Positions 40,101-46,431 of a stretch of 64,000 nt of DNA are shown here, piece by piece (position 1 is the first letter of the stretch; every line of letters begins with the position of its first letter). The position numbers and the translations under genes are program-made. Source of the DNA: Candidatus Multivoradales bacterium (GTDB lineage Bacteria; Acidobacteriota; Thermoanaerobaculia; Multivoradales; Multivoraceae); assembly GCA_965223325.1 (NCBI GenBank), contig CBDCWI010000002.1, positions 320,001 to 384,000 on the forward strand. Direction: 5' to 3'. The notes beneath the pieces are model-generated. The model made no database searches, had not been told where the DNA came from, and saw only the letters and a program-made list of their open reading frames with translations.

Positions 40101-40879
40101 TAGTCGTACTCGAGGTCGCCGTCGTTATCGAAGCCCTTGTTGATGTTGCCGAGGTCGTAGTTGATGCCGTTGGTGGTGACCAGGGTTCCCACGGCGACGG
40201 TGTCGGTGGCAACGTTGAACCACTGGCCGTCCTGAGGGTAGATCTTGTTGGCATTGGCGGAGATCTCATTGCGCATCGTGGCGCGTTGGCTGGCCACGAG
40301 GGGAGCCGGGCTCTCGGCCGAGGTTCCCCAGACGTCGTATTCCAGCCACAGATCGTCATCAGGGTCGCTGGCGACACCCCACACGGCCGGCCCGGTGTTG
40401 TTGGGGTTGCCGCGCCGGGGGTAGGTCACCTGCCAGTACTGGGAGACACACTCGGCGGGGGAGAGGATGTCGAGGTAGCGGCCTGCATCGGACACCGCGC
40501 CGAGGTGGGTGAGCGCGTAAAGGCCACTGTTGGCCAGGTGAGGATGCTCCGCTTGAAAGGCGGCGGCGCTACTGTCGCGGGCGGGATAGACGCCAGGCGA
40601 GAGGGCCGTTGAATCACCGATAAAGCCCTGCACGTCACTTAGCGGCGCGTCGCCATCGTTACAGAACCTGGCCATGACCGTGGCCACCGCAGGCGCGTAG
40701 GTCGAGGGCGAGGTGACGTTCGAGTCGACGACGAAGTTGTAGCCAGCGACGATCTCGATCGAGAGGTCACCGGCCGCGACGAGGGCGCTCGGGGCGAGGT
40801 GAAAGACACCGAGGAGCAGCAGACCGATCCACACTGTACGACAAGGAGCGGTCTCAAGAGGCGGTCTGGGCGGAGGCAT
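28139..40879 (-). CDS. Giant secreted protein (~4,246 aa): DUF11-like and ~17 SdrD B-like repeats plus a C-terminal C25 (gingipain/PorU-like) cysteine peptidase
   Basis: Signal peptide after ATG 40879; repeated IGD.VW.D.DGDG...DFGY units; three ITKS/LEKS DUF11-like domains; C25 motifs EYLIIAP, IYDAFSYG, YVVLLGRGS, IGRIP, NFLGHGG (His 28613-28615), ALTCSAG (Cys 28511-28513), YHLIGDP. Confidence 0.9.
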   Translation of the reverse strand: MPPPRPPLETAPCRTVWIGLLLLGVFHLAPSALVAAGDLSIEIVAGYNFVVDSNVTSPSTYAPAVATVMARFCNDGDAPLSDVQGFIGDSTALSPGVYPARDSSAAAFQAEHPHLANSGLYALTHLGAVSDAGRYLDILSPAECVSQYWQVTYPRRGNPNNTGPAVWGVASDPDDDLWLEYDVWGTSAESPAPLVASQRATMRNEISANANKIYPQDGQWFNVATDTVAVGTLVTTNGINYDLGNINKGFDNDGDLEYDYNAWLQPVGDPAHDPTCFRLVRTYGTLTIKRSGGDPDLVINFEDQLYFTDLPPDNTGGRGEVHYEFLALRGGCSIGMSPYQEVASGADNEKFTGDYGISLPKIGTYAPEITLEKSVNLVSVAPGGTLLYSIQVDNDAVTPAGDPALGVPLVVTDSIPANTTYVAASAQITLGYTPNTPALILYSTDGRLTWTATEPGDPATVTDLRWWLRDPLPASGSVTPSFEVQVDSPFSGLPFIDNEAELGFGEAPPFARDSTVSLVTGSNSIGDVVWHDADGDKSVDAAETGIASILVELYWDANGDGSLDSSDLLITSAVTNGSGAYSFANLPDGDYIAVVDRADPDLPDGYAPTTRTALAVTDLGGVTTSPYAAADFGFQAGLVITKSLTSSDPAAEGELVTFEIDVTNNRSGTSYVAPADSCVMTRWAESYDAANTTFDLSPADGLGPPDGFSAGVSSLWAGEYRGTGFDWTGGTGTIENVQLVMRVTKVSTLSNDTFHFVYSEDGVATSACPTPNSWTSMPSSSHHQDTLMICDVTALQTWDWAALSDPNFYVSAVMVTAGSSDDANPQLDAIGVRVTKQGCLSGGARRATTFDAAAGTTLEPLVHAVSPSAEIAEKTTSSPVGGIATTISPALPGNELPSVKRSETNLAGSWSNARQNARDFVERRALGGPCQVETWSMEHLIRDNWPPYPGVVSGSPPATLAALDGSYEPAPFGSATYANPQWAVGYLPHNFLKIETFIHFYIDSAVSNDVLNIGLTDGSNLITIDSATLNNHIGVGNAGTIVTDVTSLSFHRISSNNGRYSKIRYYPASVGGNDGVTLYIDAIGIRITLEECSKALSGGTLSPLPLVDTFDADQLQFQWSDPPANSLSFTTTPYANTGVLAWNDLGPLDSRETASVTATFLALEPPDNDGDGENDVATTTNTAATNGAQYLDGFAIADVTASDTVDVAPRGTISGTVFSDDGSGGGTPGNGIRDGAEPGVPGVTVELWSDPNNDGNPSDGVRLVSQQTEADGTYRFDGLADGSYVALVLPATLPGSTFTQTGDPDFVGVCGVCDDRGGAPLANADGLASNDDAVLDFGYTLPNTIFGTVWRDLDGDGVQETGEPGLDSVQVDLKDCGANTICGDGDDGPTVSLNTDSAGQYLFSDLANGSYVVSIISATLPAGGTWNQTGDPDATLDHMTTISVAVAGGQVKGSYDFGYQESGSSTIGDLLWTDWDGDGQVDSGEEGIANVSMLLYEDEDGDGVIESADGLVASTSTNSSGAYLFTGLVAGSYVVVVDEGDPDLPDGYLQSSDPDEPIACNTCDAQGSASVDGSDSVLTMDFGYLPTGSGTIAGVVWTDADRDAIYDAEEASLGGIKVSLYEDDNGNGAVDAEDALIGSLSSDGAGGFRFDSLPGGNYVVDIDTSDTDLPNDSNGNRYILSTQNDPEQVALTAGETRADLEFGFAPPGTIGNSVWRDDDRDALYDLYEIGIANVTVWLYQDTNGDSLYTPGTDVLRGTTTTDAQGEYWFRGLVPDDYIVRVDSSDPDLPSSTLVGDPTETGPCTVCDGVLAVELRAGQLVNFADFGFQAPGSIGNAVWLDSNGDGLYSVSSELGLANVQLNLVDASLSVVASTTTDSEGFYAFGDIADGNYTVAVVTASLPASVVLFYDPDEGAGCTVCDHVGSVSIASGSVDYTIDFGYQVGASSQLSITKSSSAGGGPVNPGSVINYNVTVLNSGALPVTEVSISDPLPNGTTYVPGSAQLSGMIVGTGDYRDEFTATYPDPGYNGSDGTLDWSPNAWSEINDDGSPSGGDVQVLTDSGDLSLGIQKSGRGAQRGFDLTGSTAATISLDYRRAGFDGASDYVTLDISYNGGSSWTELTRFAGPATDSAYQNFSIALDPATYLDSNPADNLLRLLSSGLANNGSDDFYADSITIDVTSRALRTVGAQAPALMVPPGPDVYLLSGESLSLTFQVVVDDPLSSAVSQITNRAGASSRETIEPIFAMTIDRVSRGGIIGDRVWHDVDGDGSQDVGEPGLANVTVLLTDPGGDGQPGGGDDTVVGLATTDINGSYRFSALSPGVYFVDVTDATVPGALSLTAGGSDPSSVRTVTANETFLDLDFGYTNTSTTRAVIGDRIWSDADADGLQDPSEAGLGGVTVQLLNEAGTVVLTTTTAADGFYLFDDVVPGSYSVEVAASNFSAGQVLSGYSVTSGPQSPGTDQSAPIVVEAGDAHLDADFGYDSAATRSITDRVWFDANADTFVDIGERGLEGVTFSLLDSHGDVVASTVSDGSGFFTFTGLAPGSYVLQVTDVHAQLLGLTGTTTAALNSRLPLSVTTGNLSGASFGYNVPGAIGDMVWSDVDADGVLDPDEVGIANVTVNLWRDADANGVFDMLLDTPLLSTVTDGAGYYRFESLAAGTYFASIDGSQAALTGYTATTADQELGANAPGIQIEATLISVLAGYLDADFGFQNAVLADVSGTIFDDRDRDGVNDGAGEPGIAGVTLALEDMSGNVLATTISDASGAYAFRDLAAGNYRVVVTDDDDVLADAQLTSGLDALPVALGATNVGDVDFGYNRTQERGTIGDTVWFDANRDGVMSGAENGLSGVVVELWEDSNGDGLRGAGDTLLETTTTDLAGSYLFSGLAPGNYFVDPDESTLPAGFGATPGTGPASPMVALAAGTDDDTADFGYAPTVGSALGDTVFFDADGDGIQDPGELGIAGVDVTVTGPGGYNVTVTTDAYGNYLATGISTTGVYNVSVDTSKLPAGLDPNPTSFPLAAMNFAVDAGTDWLFADFGFQETVPGTGFATIGDLVFLDANGNGSRDAGESGIGGVSLSLFDSGGSLLATTMTAADGRYSFSGLAAGDYTVEVTDTVGLLVGFNLSAGSNPTATITVVAGDNHDSADFGYAPGAGLGTIGNLVWHDKNGDGSHDPGEPGIEGVTVALWLDSNNNSTVEPGVDNLVREAITDRNGEYYFLALPPEDYLASVSDERLVLEGLSRTQGVTQTDGESQADPYAVTLSPGVRAPSDFTADFGFTVSSTSYKIVGTVFEDGNANGVLNGGEAGVGGAVLSLYRDLDGDGVLDLTDPFFGAVTSLANGTYAFIGLPGSSDWLIVSDLSGTSISGAEQTTQLATAGVQPVSIAAVDPPPQDFGYARPVTRALLASVSASSLGDSTVLEWSTASEEGTLGFIVSRFSTALGWVPVHEGVLPAEVFAPAGATYRLLDHDATASEPQLYLLEEVELSGATRHLGVFEVRADTRAAAIGAAFESIPNAPTKSPLSPPAARALLPAAISGPRAHIGVSRDGIHFLSTQEVASAMTISRDAAASLIASQGLRLSRAGEEIPWWSLDGSGLSFYAFGAPSLFHSGSVYQLERRLGIEVTERVAEAGAREVAAPAVLSPLRFENDVFPATAAARDPEREFWFWSVHGTSHSSLLEKTLILELPHYVPEALSTVIEVDVFGATDGLEVMDHGLSLQVDGVPVGTVSFPGREHRTLRFEVPPGVISASTIRLDLVAVAMPGVSRSIFYVDGLTVSYPRRPILDGSGRLRFFGGDSLVEVTGLGNGGGVMLDVTDPSQPMVILPTAGDDGAAGSSIVFWSDSTRTYEVTARDSLLRPSLVRPAATATRLDAYAAEYLIIAPLALMDAGDALADYRATWSGLSTSVVPVEAIYDAFSYGEANPWAVREFLRRAFDRWSTVPRYVVLLGRGSMDYRDALQNGDNLLPPALVATPHGLYASDSALADLTTSPGLEVAIGRIPISNAAELSAYLEKVEWFERSAGDPAGTISFLSDNPDYAGDFPRDSSLMSSIVPADLSVNEISLSSLSLTEARAQTRQSFASGSVLMNFLGHGGLDRLAAEGLLTVADVSDLQTGPLFPVVSALTCSAGRFEVPQYVSLAEKLTLEPRRGAVAVLAPSGLSVHDEAVELGRQLLAQVLAGKPQRLGDVWLHSLGTIAPQTRFDDLAKIYHLIGDPALELPSLGNSTSPEILFADDFEGGGVGAWDNTSR

Positions 40880-40899
40880 GATCGTTGGACGGCAGAAGA

Positions 40900-41110
40900 A
40901 CGAATCAGAACGGATAGTCAAACAGCAAGTATAAATATTATAACGCAAATAACGGAGAAAACCACTTTCAATAAGCAAGAAAGTCGCCCTGGGGGCCCCT
41001 TCAAAAACAGACCCCGAGCCGGTCTGTCTCCCATCCTGCATCGCGTCCGATAAGATAGATTATGTCAACCTATCAATGAGAGCCGGTCTCAAGTAACGAA
41101 TCGTCTCCAG
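40900..41110. promoter_or_regulatory. AT-rich divergent promoter region between the giant gene and the lipoprotein
   Basis: Sharp local AT enrichment; TATAAT on minus strand at 40937-40942 and TTGACA on minus at 41063-41068 (not paired at canonical spacing). Confidence 0.45.
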
Positions 41111-41190
41111 TTCGGAAAGGTCCACCTGAAGCCGCCGAAAGCAAAACCTGCTCGACCGCGGAACCCAAACCTGACCTCTTGGAGATGACC

Positions 41191-41709
41191 ATGAACCGCA
41201 AGACCCTCACCCTCGCCCTGACGCTTCTTCTCGCAGCTTCCCTGACCGCCTGTTCAGGCGGTGGCGGCGGCGCCGACTCGCCAACCGCTCCGACCGCGGC
41301 ACCAGTACTCAACGTGCACGGCACCTGGCAGGGCTACTACGGTGGCCGAATCGTGACCCTGACCATGAGCCAGGCCGCCAACAGCCGCAACATCAGCGGC
41401 AGCGTTGACTCCCGCTACTACCTCACCGGTTCGACGGGACTCACCGGGACCACCAACTACCGTGGTCGTGACAACGGTACGGTCGACTGGGAAGCGACCC
41501 TTTCCTGCGGCTCCTGGAGTGGCCACCTCGAAATGAACGGAAGCCGCACCCGCATCTACGGAAACGCCTTGTACCGCGAGTGCGGGAGCACCGTCGTCAA
41601 GACTGGCATGATGGACCTGGTGAAGGTTTCTGAAAGCGCGTCGACCACGAGCGGTGGCAGCGCCGACACGGTCGGCAAGTTCGAGGACGCCGACAGCTTC
41701 TTCGAGTGA
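41191..41709 (+). CDS. Hypothetical lipoprotein (beta-rich)
   Basis: GGAG RBS; lipobox LTAC; Gly/Pro linker, then NVHGTWQG beta-barrel-like start. Confidence 0.8.
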   Translation: MNRKTLTLALTLLLAASLTACSGGGGGADSPTAPTAAPVLNVHGTWQGYYGGRIVTLTMSQAANSRNISGSVDSRYYLTGSTGLTGTTNYRGRDNGTVDWEATLSCGSWSGHLEMNGSRTRIYGNALYRECGSTVVKTGMMDLVKVSESASTTSGGSADTVGKFEDADSFFE

Positions 41710-41734
41710 AGCGCAACCAGGAAGGGGCCCTTAC

Positions 41735-42604
41735 CTAGGCCTCTTCCAGCTCTCGGAGCTCACTCAGGATCTGCTCCAGCGCCCCGATGAGATCCTGACG
41801 ATCGACCTCTTCTTGACGAAACGTCAGGGAGAGGTCGAAGCGCTTGTCGGGGGCCTTGAACTTGAAGACGTAGGGCTTCGGCCGCGCTGGCTTACCCTTG
41901 TCGCTGTCCTTCTTGACCGCCCGGCGCACGTCCTTACGGCTCAGGCCGAGGCTCGAGATGCGCTCGAGCAGTAGGATCATCTCGTCCTCGTCATCGAGTT
42001 TCATGACCTCGAGGAGAACCGTCTTGGAGTCGATGCCCAGCGCGTCGACCGCCGAGCGGACCCGCTTGGGCATCTTGAGAAGGCTCAAGCTCTCGGTCAC
42101 CGAAACCCGTGACTTCCCCACCGACCTCGACACTTCTTCATGAGTGTAGTCGTGCTGGGTGGCCAGCGCTCGATAACCCTCGGCCTCTTCGAACGGGGTC
42201 AGGTCTTTGCGCTGCAGGTTCTCGATGAGCGCGATCTCGAGCGCCTCGCTCTCCGAGATGTCCATCTCGATCGCCGGGATTTCGTAGAGGCCCGCTTCCA
42301 TCGCGGCACGGTAGCGGCGCTCGCCAGAGATGATGCGGTAGCCGGTACCGTCTTCGCGGGAACGCACCAGAATCGGCTCGAGAACCCCCTTCTCGCGCAC
42401 CGACGACACCAGGTCCTGAAGGTCGCCCAGCTGAACTCGCGGCTGGTTCGGATCAGGTTCGATGGCCGAAAGCGCAATCATGCGACCGACGGGAGCTTCG
42501 CTGCGACCAACGAGTTCGTCGACGAAGTGTGCCTCATGGCGCATGCGCACTTTCGACGGTAGGCCTCTCTTCTTCGAACTGCGGCTGGTAGCGGGTTCAG
42601 ACAC
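41735..42604 (-). CDS. parB: ParB/Spo0J family partition protein (divergent DNA-binding domain)
   Basis: PDPNQPR, GVLEPILVR, IISGERRYRAA, ALIENLQRKDL; GTG start overlaps the parA end. Confidence 0.88.
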   Translation of the reverse strand: MSEPATSRSSKKRGLPSKVRMRHEAHFVDELVGRSEAPVGRMIALSAIEPDPNQPRVQLGDLQDLVSSVREKGVLEPILVRSREDGTGYRIISGERRYRAAMEAGLYEIPAIEMDISESEALEIALIENLQRKDLTPFEEAEGYRALATQHDYTHEEVSRSVGKSRVSVTESLSLLKMPKRVRSAVDALGIDSKTVLLEVMKLDDEDEMILLLERISSLGLSRKDVRRAVKKDSDKGKPARPKPYVFKFKAPDKRFDLSLTFRQEEVDRQDLIGALEQILSELRELEEA

Positions 42605-43358
42605 GGGCCAGAACCTCCTCGGACAACTTGTAGTACTCGAAAGCACCGGATGAACGCGGGGCAAAGGTAAACACAGACTCGCGATGGGCGGGACTCTCCT
42701 CGAGCCGCACGCTCTTCGAAATCACCGTCTCAAAGAGCTTGTCGCCAAAGACACCGGCAATCTCTTGATGAACGTCGCGCGCTAGCAGGGTGCGCTTGTC
42801 ATGCAGCGTGATCACCACTCCGAGCAGTTGCAACCCCGGGTTGGCGCGCCGCTTGAGCTTGTCGATCGTGTCGAGCAGATCGTCGGTTCCCTCGAGGGCG
42901 AAGTAGCTCGACTGAATCGGAATCAGAACGTGCTGCGCAGCGACCAGTGAGTTGACCGTGATCACACCCAGGGTCGGCGGCGTGTCGATCAGAATGTAGT
43001 CGTATTCGTTGCGTAACGCCTCGAGCTCGTCTTTGAGCCGGTAGTCGCGGTCGATCTCACCCAGCAACTTGGCTTCGAGCTTCGCCAGCGCGATCGAAGA
43101 CGGTGCGACGAAGAGATTCGGAACCGTAGGCACCGGCATGATGACGTCGGCGATCCCCACGTCGGGCTCGGTCATCGCCTGGAACATCGTCTGGCCGACG
43201 ACCGTTTCGGGCTCGAGAAACGACATGGTGCTGTTGGCCTGGGGATCGAGATCCAACAGCAGGGTCTTGCGCCCCTTCGAGGCAATCGCCGCCGAGAGGT
43301 TGATGGCGGTGGTGGTCTTCCCCACTCCGCCCTTCTGATTCGTAATCGCAATGACCAT
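42597..43358 (-). CDS. parA: ParA/Soj family ATPase
   Basis: NQKGGVGKTTT deviant Walker A, DLDPQAN, IDTPP, VRLEESP. Confidence 0.93.
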   Translation of the reverse strand: MVIAITNQKGGVGKTTTAINLSAAIASKGRKTLLLDLDPQANSTMSFLEPETVVGQTMFQAMTEPDVGIADVIMPVPTVPNLFVAPSSIALAKLEAKLLGEIDRDYRLKDELEALRNEYDYILIDTPPTLGVITVNSLVAAQHVLIPIQSSYFALEGTDDLLDTIDKLKRRANPGLQLLGVVITLHDKRTLLARDVHQEIAGVFGDKLFETVISKSVRLEESPAHRESVFTFAPRSSGAFEYYKLSEEVLARV

Positions 43359-43371
43359 GGGGAGCGGGCGC

Positions 43372-43401
43372 AGTGTAGAGCACCGCTTCATGCAGGGTCA
43401 A
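43372..43401 (-). promoter_or_regulatory. Sigma70-type promoter for parAB
   Basis: Minus strand TTGACC-18 nt-TACACT, ending 13 bp before the parA ATG. Confidence 0.55.
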
Positions 43402-43435
43402 CGATAAAACCACTCAAAAGGCGAATTCGTGAATC

Positions 43436-43453
43436 ATGTCGGCCGGCCGACAT
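43436..43453. repeat. Perfect 18-bp palindrome ATGTCGGCCGGCCGACAT
   Basis: Read directly; lies between the nuclease gene stop and the parA promoter. Confidence 0.85.
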
Positions 43454-43462
43454 CGTACGCGC

Positions 43463-43963
43463 TTACATCGTGTACTTGCCGAGATCGTCGGGACCGAGCT
43501 CTTCGAGCATCTTGCGGACCTCGTCTGGATCTTCGGTATCGACCCCTTCGGTCCTGGTCACCGCCTTGGCGCGGTCCAGCACATCCTTCTCGACGTAGAG
43601 CGACGCGCCGCTGCGGACGGCGAAGGCGATGGCGTCACTCGGCCGCGAGTCGACCCGGATCGTCTCGCCACCTCGGTTCAAGTAGAGCTCGGCGTAGAAG
43701 GTCTGGCCTTGCAGGTCGTTGATGACGACCTTCTCGAGCACCGCGCCGAGGTCGGTGACCACCGCACTCAACAAGTCATGGGTCATGGGCCGCGCGCGAT
43801 CGATCTTCTCGAGCTCGATCTGAATCGCGCTGGCTTCGAAGACACCGATCCAGATCGGCAGGAAGATCTGCTCCGCCTCATCGCGCAGGATCACGATCGG
43901 ATGGTTCGATGACGGATCGATCATCAACCCACGCACCGACATCTTGACCAGGGTGTCAGGCAC
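43463..43963 (-). CDS. Bifunctional nuclease family protein (DUF151)
   Basis: LPIWIGVFEASAI, RPMTHDLL, DSRPSDAIAFAVR. Confidence 0.92.
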   Translation of the reverse strand: MPDTLVKMSVRGLMIDPSSNHPIVILRDEAEQIFLPIWIGVFEASAIQIELEKIDRARPMTHDLLSAVVTDLGAVLEKVVINDLQGQTFYAELYLNRGGETIRVDSRPSDAIAFAVRSGASLYVEKDVLDRAKAVTRTEGVDTEDPDEVRKMLEELGPDDLGKYTM

Positions 43964-45338
43964 TGCGATCCTCCCGAACGTCGCGTGCGGTCCTTACCCG
44001 CCGCGGCGCGACCACCAGTTCCCCCAGCAAGCTGTGGTCGTTGGCATGCTGGATCTGAACTGGAACGATCGTCCCGGCGGTCACCGAATCGCCAGCCGCA
44101 AAGTGCACGATGCGGTGGCACGGCGTCCGTCCACTCCTGTACCCGTCCTGGCGACTGCGACCGGTGACCAGAACCTCGTGCGTCTCGCCGATGAGCGCCT
44201 CGTTGAGGGCGCGCTGGATCGGAGTCTGCAAGGCAAACAGATCCTGCAGGCGACGGTCGGCCACTGCGAGGGGAACCTCTTGATCGGGAAGTCGCAGAGC
44301 CGGAGTGCCCGGACGTGGCGAGTACTTGAAGGCGAACACCTGGCTGTAGCGCACCCTCTCGACCAGGTTCATGGTCTGCCTAAAGTCCTCCTCGGTTTCA
44401 CCCGGGAAGCCGACGATGATGTCGGTCGACAGTGCCAGGCCACAGCGCGCGTCGCGCAAGGCATCGACCAGCGCAAAGTAGCTCGCCACGTCGTATCCCC
44501 GACCCATGCGCTTGAGGATCTTGTCGGAACCCGACTGGACCGGCAGATGAACGAAGGGACAGATATTCGCATGACGCGCCACCGACGCCACCATGCGGGA
44601 GCTGAAGTCCCGCGGGTACGAGGTGATGAACCGCAGCCGGGCGAGCCCAGGAATGACCGCGATGCGGTCCAGCAGGTCAGCGAAGTCGAGCGCCCGGCCA
44701 CTCCCCCGCCCGTCTTCGGGCTCGCGCCAATGGTTGACCGTCTGCCCGAGTAGCTCGATCTCCTGGAAGCCTTCGGCGACCAGCCGCTCGGCCTCGGTCA
44801 CGATCTCGGCCAACGGCCGGCTGCGCTCTGGACCCCGGGTGGTCGGGACGATGCAGAAGGTGCAGCGCTTATCGCAGCCTTCGATGATCGTGATCATGCC
44901 CTTGTGCGAATCAGCACGGGCAATGGTGTCCATGTCGTAGTGGCGGTCCTGCGGAAAGCCAGTCGCCAGAACGCGCTCGCCGCGTTGCGCCCGCTCGACG
45001 ATGCGCCCAAGTTCCCCGACGCGACCCGTACCGACGACGAAGTCCAGGTCTTTGACCCGTTGGAGAGCCGCCTCGCCCTCCTGTTGAGCGACACAGCCGC
45101 AGAAACCAATGACAAGGTCAGAATTGTTTTCTTTCAACGACCGATAACGGCCGAGCTGCGAGTACGACTTTTGCGCCGCCTTCTCCCGCACGCTGCACGA
45201 GTTCAGGAGAATCACATCCGCTTCTTCAGCCGATTCGGTGCGCTCCATGCCCTGTACCGCGAGCTGCCCCGCCATGCGCTGCGAGTCGAGCTCGTTCATC
45301 TGGCAGCCCCAGGTCTCTACGAAAAAGCGCTTTCCCAT
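43956..45338 (-). CDS. miaB: tRNA-2-methylthio-N6-dimethylallyladenosine synthase
   Basis: TWGCQMNELDS, NSCSVREKA, radical SAM GCDKRCTFCIVP, STDIIVGFPGET, YSPRPGT, TRAM domain. Confidence 0.96.
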   Translation of the reverse strand: MGKRFFVETWGCQMNELDSQRMAGQLAVQGMERTESAEEADVILLNSCSVREKAAQKSYSQLGRYRSLKENNSDLVIGFCGCVAQQEGEAALQRVKDLDFVVGTGRVGELGRIVERAQRGERVLATGFPQDRHYDMDTIARADSHKGMITIIEGCDKRCTFCIVPTTRGPERSRPLAEIVTEAERLVAEGFQEIELLGQTVNHWREPEDGRGSGRALDFADLLDRIAVIPGLARLRFITSYPRDFSSRMVASVARHANICPFVHLPVQSGSDKILKRMGRGYDVASYFALVDALRDARCGLALSTDIIVGFPGETEEDFRQTMNLVERVRYSQVFAFKYSPRPGTPALRLPDQEVPLAVADRRLQDLFALQTPIQRALNEALIGETHEVLVTGRSRQDGYRSGRTPCHRIVHFAAGDSVTAGTIVPVQIQHANDHSLLGELVVAPRRVRTARDVREDRSA

Positions 45339-45493
45339 CCTTGCGATCACCTCACACGGATCCATGAGCCCTGGCGGCCGTCCAGAGGGGAGCGACTGTC
45401 GGGCGAGCTGCGAAGGTTACTACGGGACGGGGCCGCCGCACTGCCCGCCGCACTGCCGGCGCCACCCCGCGCGGCGTGGGGGCCAACCTCGTT

Positions 45494-46099
45494 TCAGTCC
45501 TGGCTACGGTTACGGTAGAGCTCGGGGTCGACGACCTCGGCCATCTTGCGGTAGGCCTCCGCGCGACCGACGAATTCCGCGATCCGCCGTGCCTCGTCCT
45601 CGGGGGAACCGAGGACCTCACGGTAGTGCACGTCGATCCACTCGAAGGCTGGATCGTTCTTGAGCAGATACCCCACCCGCCAGAGATGGTTCTCGTAGGC
45701 GTCGGTCATCTGCGCATCGGCGGCGTCGTCCTGCTCCTCGCGGTGATCGAGCATCTTCTGCTGTGAAGCCAGCACTTCGCGCAGGTCACGGCGCATGAAG
45801 ATGACCTTGTAGTTGTTGTCGCGCGGCAGGTCCTTGAGCAGAAACGAAATGACTTTGATCGCCTTGCCGCGCGAAGCCCGCAACCAGGACTTGTCTGCCA
45901 TGCCTTCGAGGTCCTTGACCCGCTCGTCCTCGAAGTAGCCCTTGGGGTTGTCGATATCGGCTTCACGCTCGTTATCGGTCACCACGCTGAGTCCGGCTGC
46001 ATCGAGCATCTTCATCGCCATGGATGTGCCCGAGCGCGGCAGCCCGGAGACCACAACCACCGGTGGCCCTTTGGTCAATCGTCGAATCAACTTACGCAT
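45494..46099 (-). CDS. Sulfotransferase family protein
   Basis: 5'-PSB loop VSGLPRSGTS, NPKGYFE, 3'-PB-like FMRRDLREVLASQ, HYREVLGSP. Confidence 0.85.
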   Translation of the reverse strand: MRKLIRRLTKGPPVVVVSGLPRSGTSMAMKMLDAAGLSVVTDNEREADIDNPKGYFEDERVKDLEGMADKSWLRASRGKAIKVISFLLKDLPRDNNYKVIFMRRDLREVLASQQKMLDHREEQDDAADAQMTDAYENHLWRVGYLLKNDPAFEWIDVHYREVLGSPEDEARRIAEFVGRAEAYRKMAEVVDPELYRNRSQD

Positions 46100-46431
46100 C
46101 AATCAGCTCACTGGAATCGGAGGTTAGCGGGAGCGTGCGCACCCTAGCAGGAGTCGCCGGCTTCCTGGGGCCTCCCGGGCACTCTCCGCGGTCGAGCGGC
46201 CCATCGGTTGCGACACCATCGGAGGGCACCGTATGCTCTTTCGCGAACCCGAGCCGGTTGTCTTCCGGCCGCCTGTTCACCGACTTCTGGCGGTCGCTGG
46301 CCCAGCTCCCGATGATCCAGCTTCGGCTGTGCACCGCCCGGGCGCTTTGCACCAACTCGCCGCGCGGTGAGGCCTGCCCGAAGCCCGCCCGAGCTTCCGA
46401 TTCACCTTCACCCCCTCCAGTAAACAGCGAT

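Noticed and set aside
28139-41709. Giant gene as part of a prophage or integrative island
   Set aside because: No integrase, tRNA target, flanking direct repeats or phage genes seen at either boundary
41735-43460. Canonical parS sites or oriC proximity
   Set aside because: No TGTTTCACGTGAAACA-like site, DnaA-box cluster, or dnaA/gidAB genes noticed; a by-eye scan could miss degenerate sites
46024-46431. Long N-terminal extensions in the ORF track (also 3796-4020, 6580-6837, 8772-9005, 19791-20546, 20553-20849, 40880-41041, 52903-53388)
   Set aside because: They overlap neighbouring genes or promoter regions and lack homology-like character; downstream starts fit RBS or stop-start coupling better
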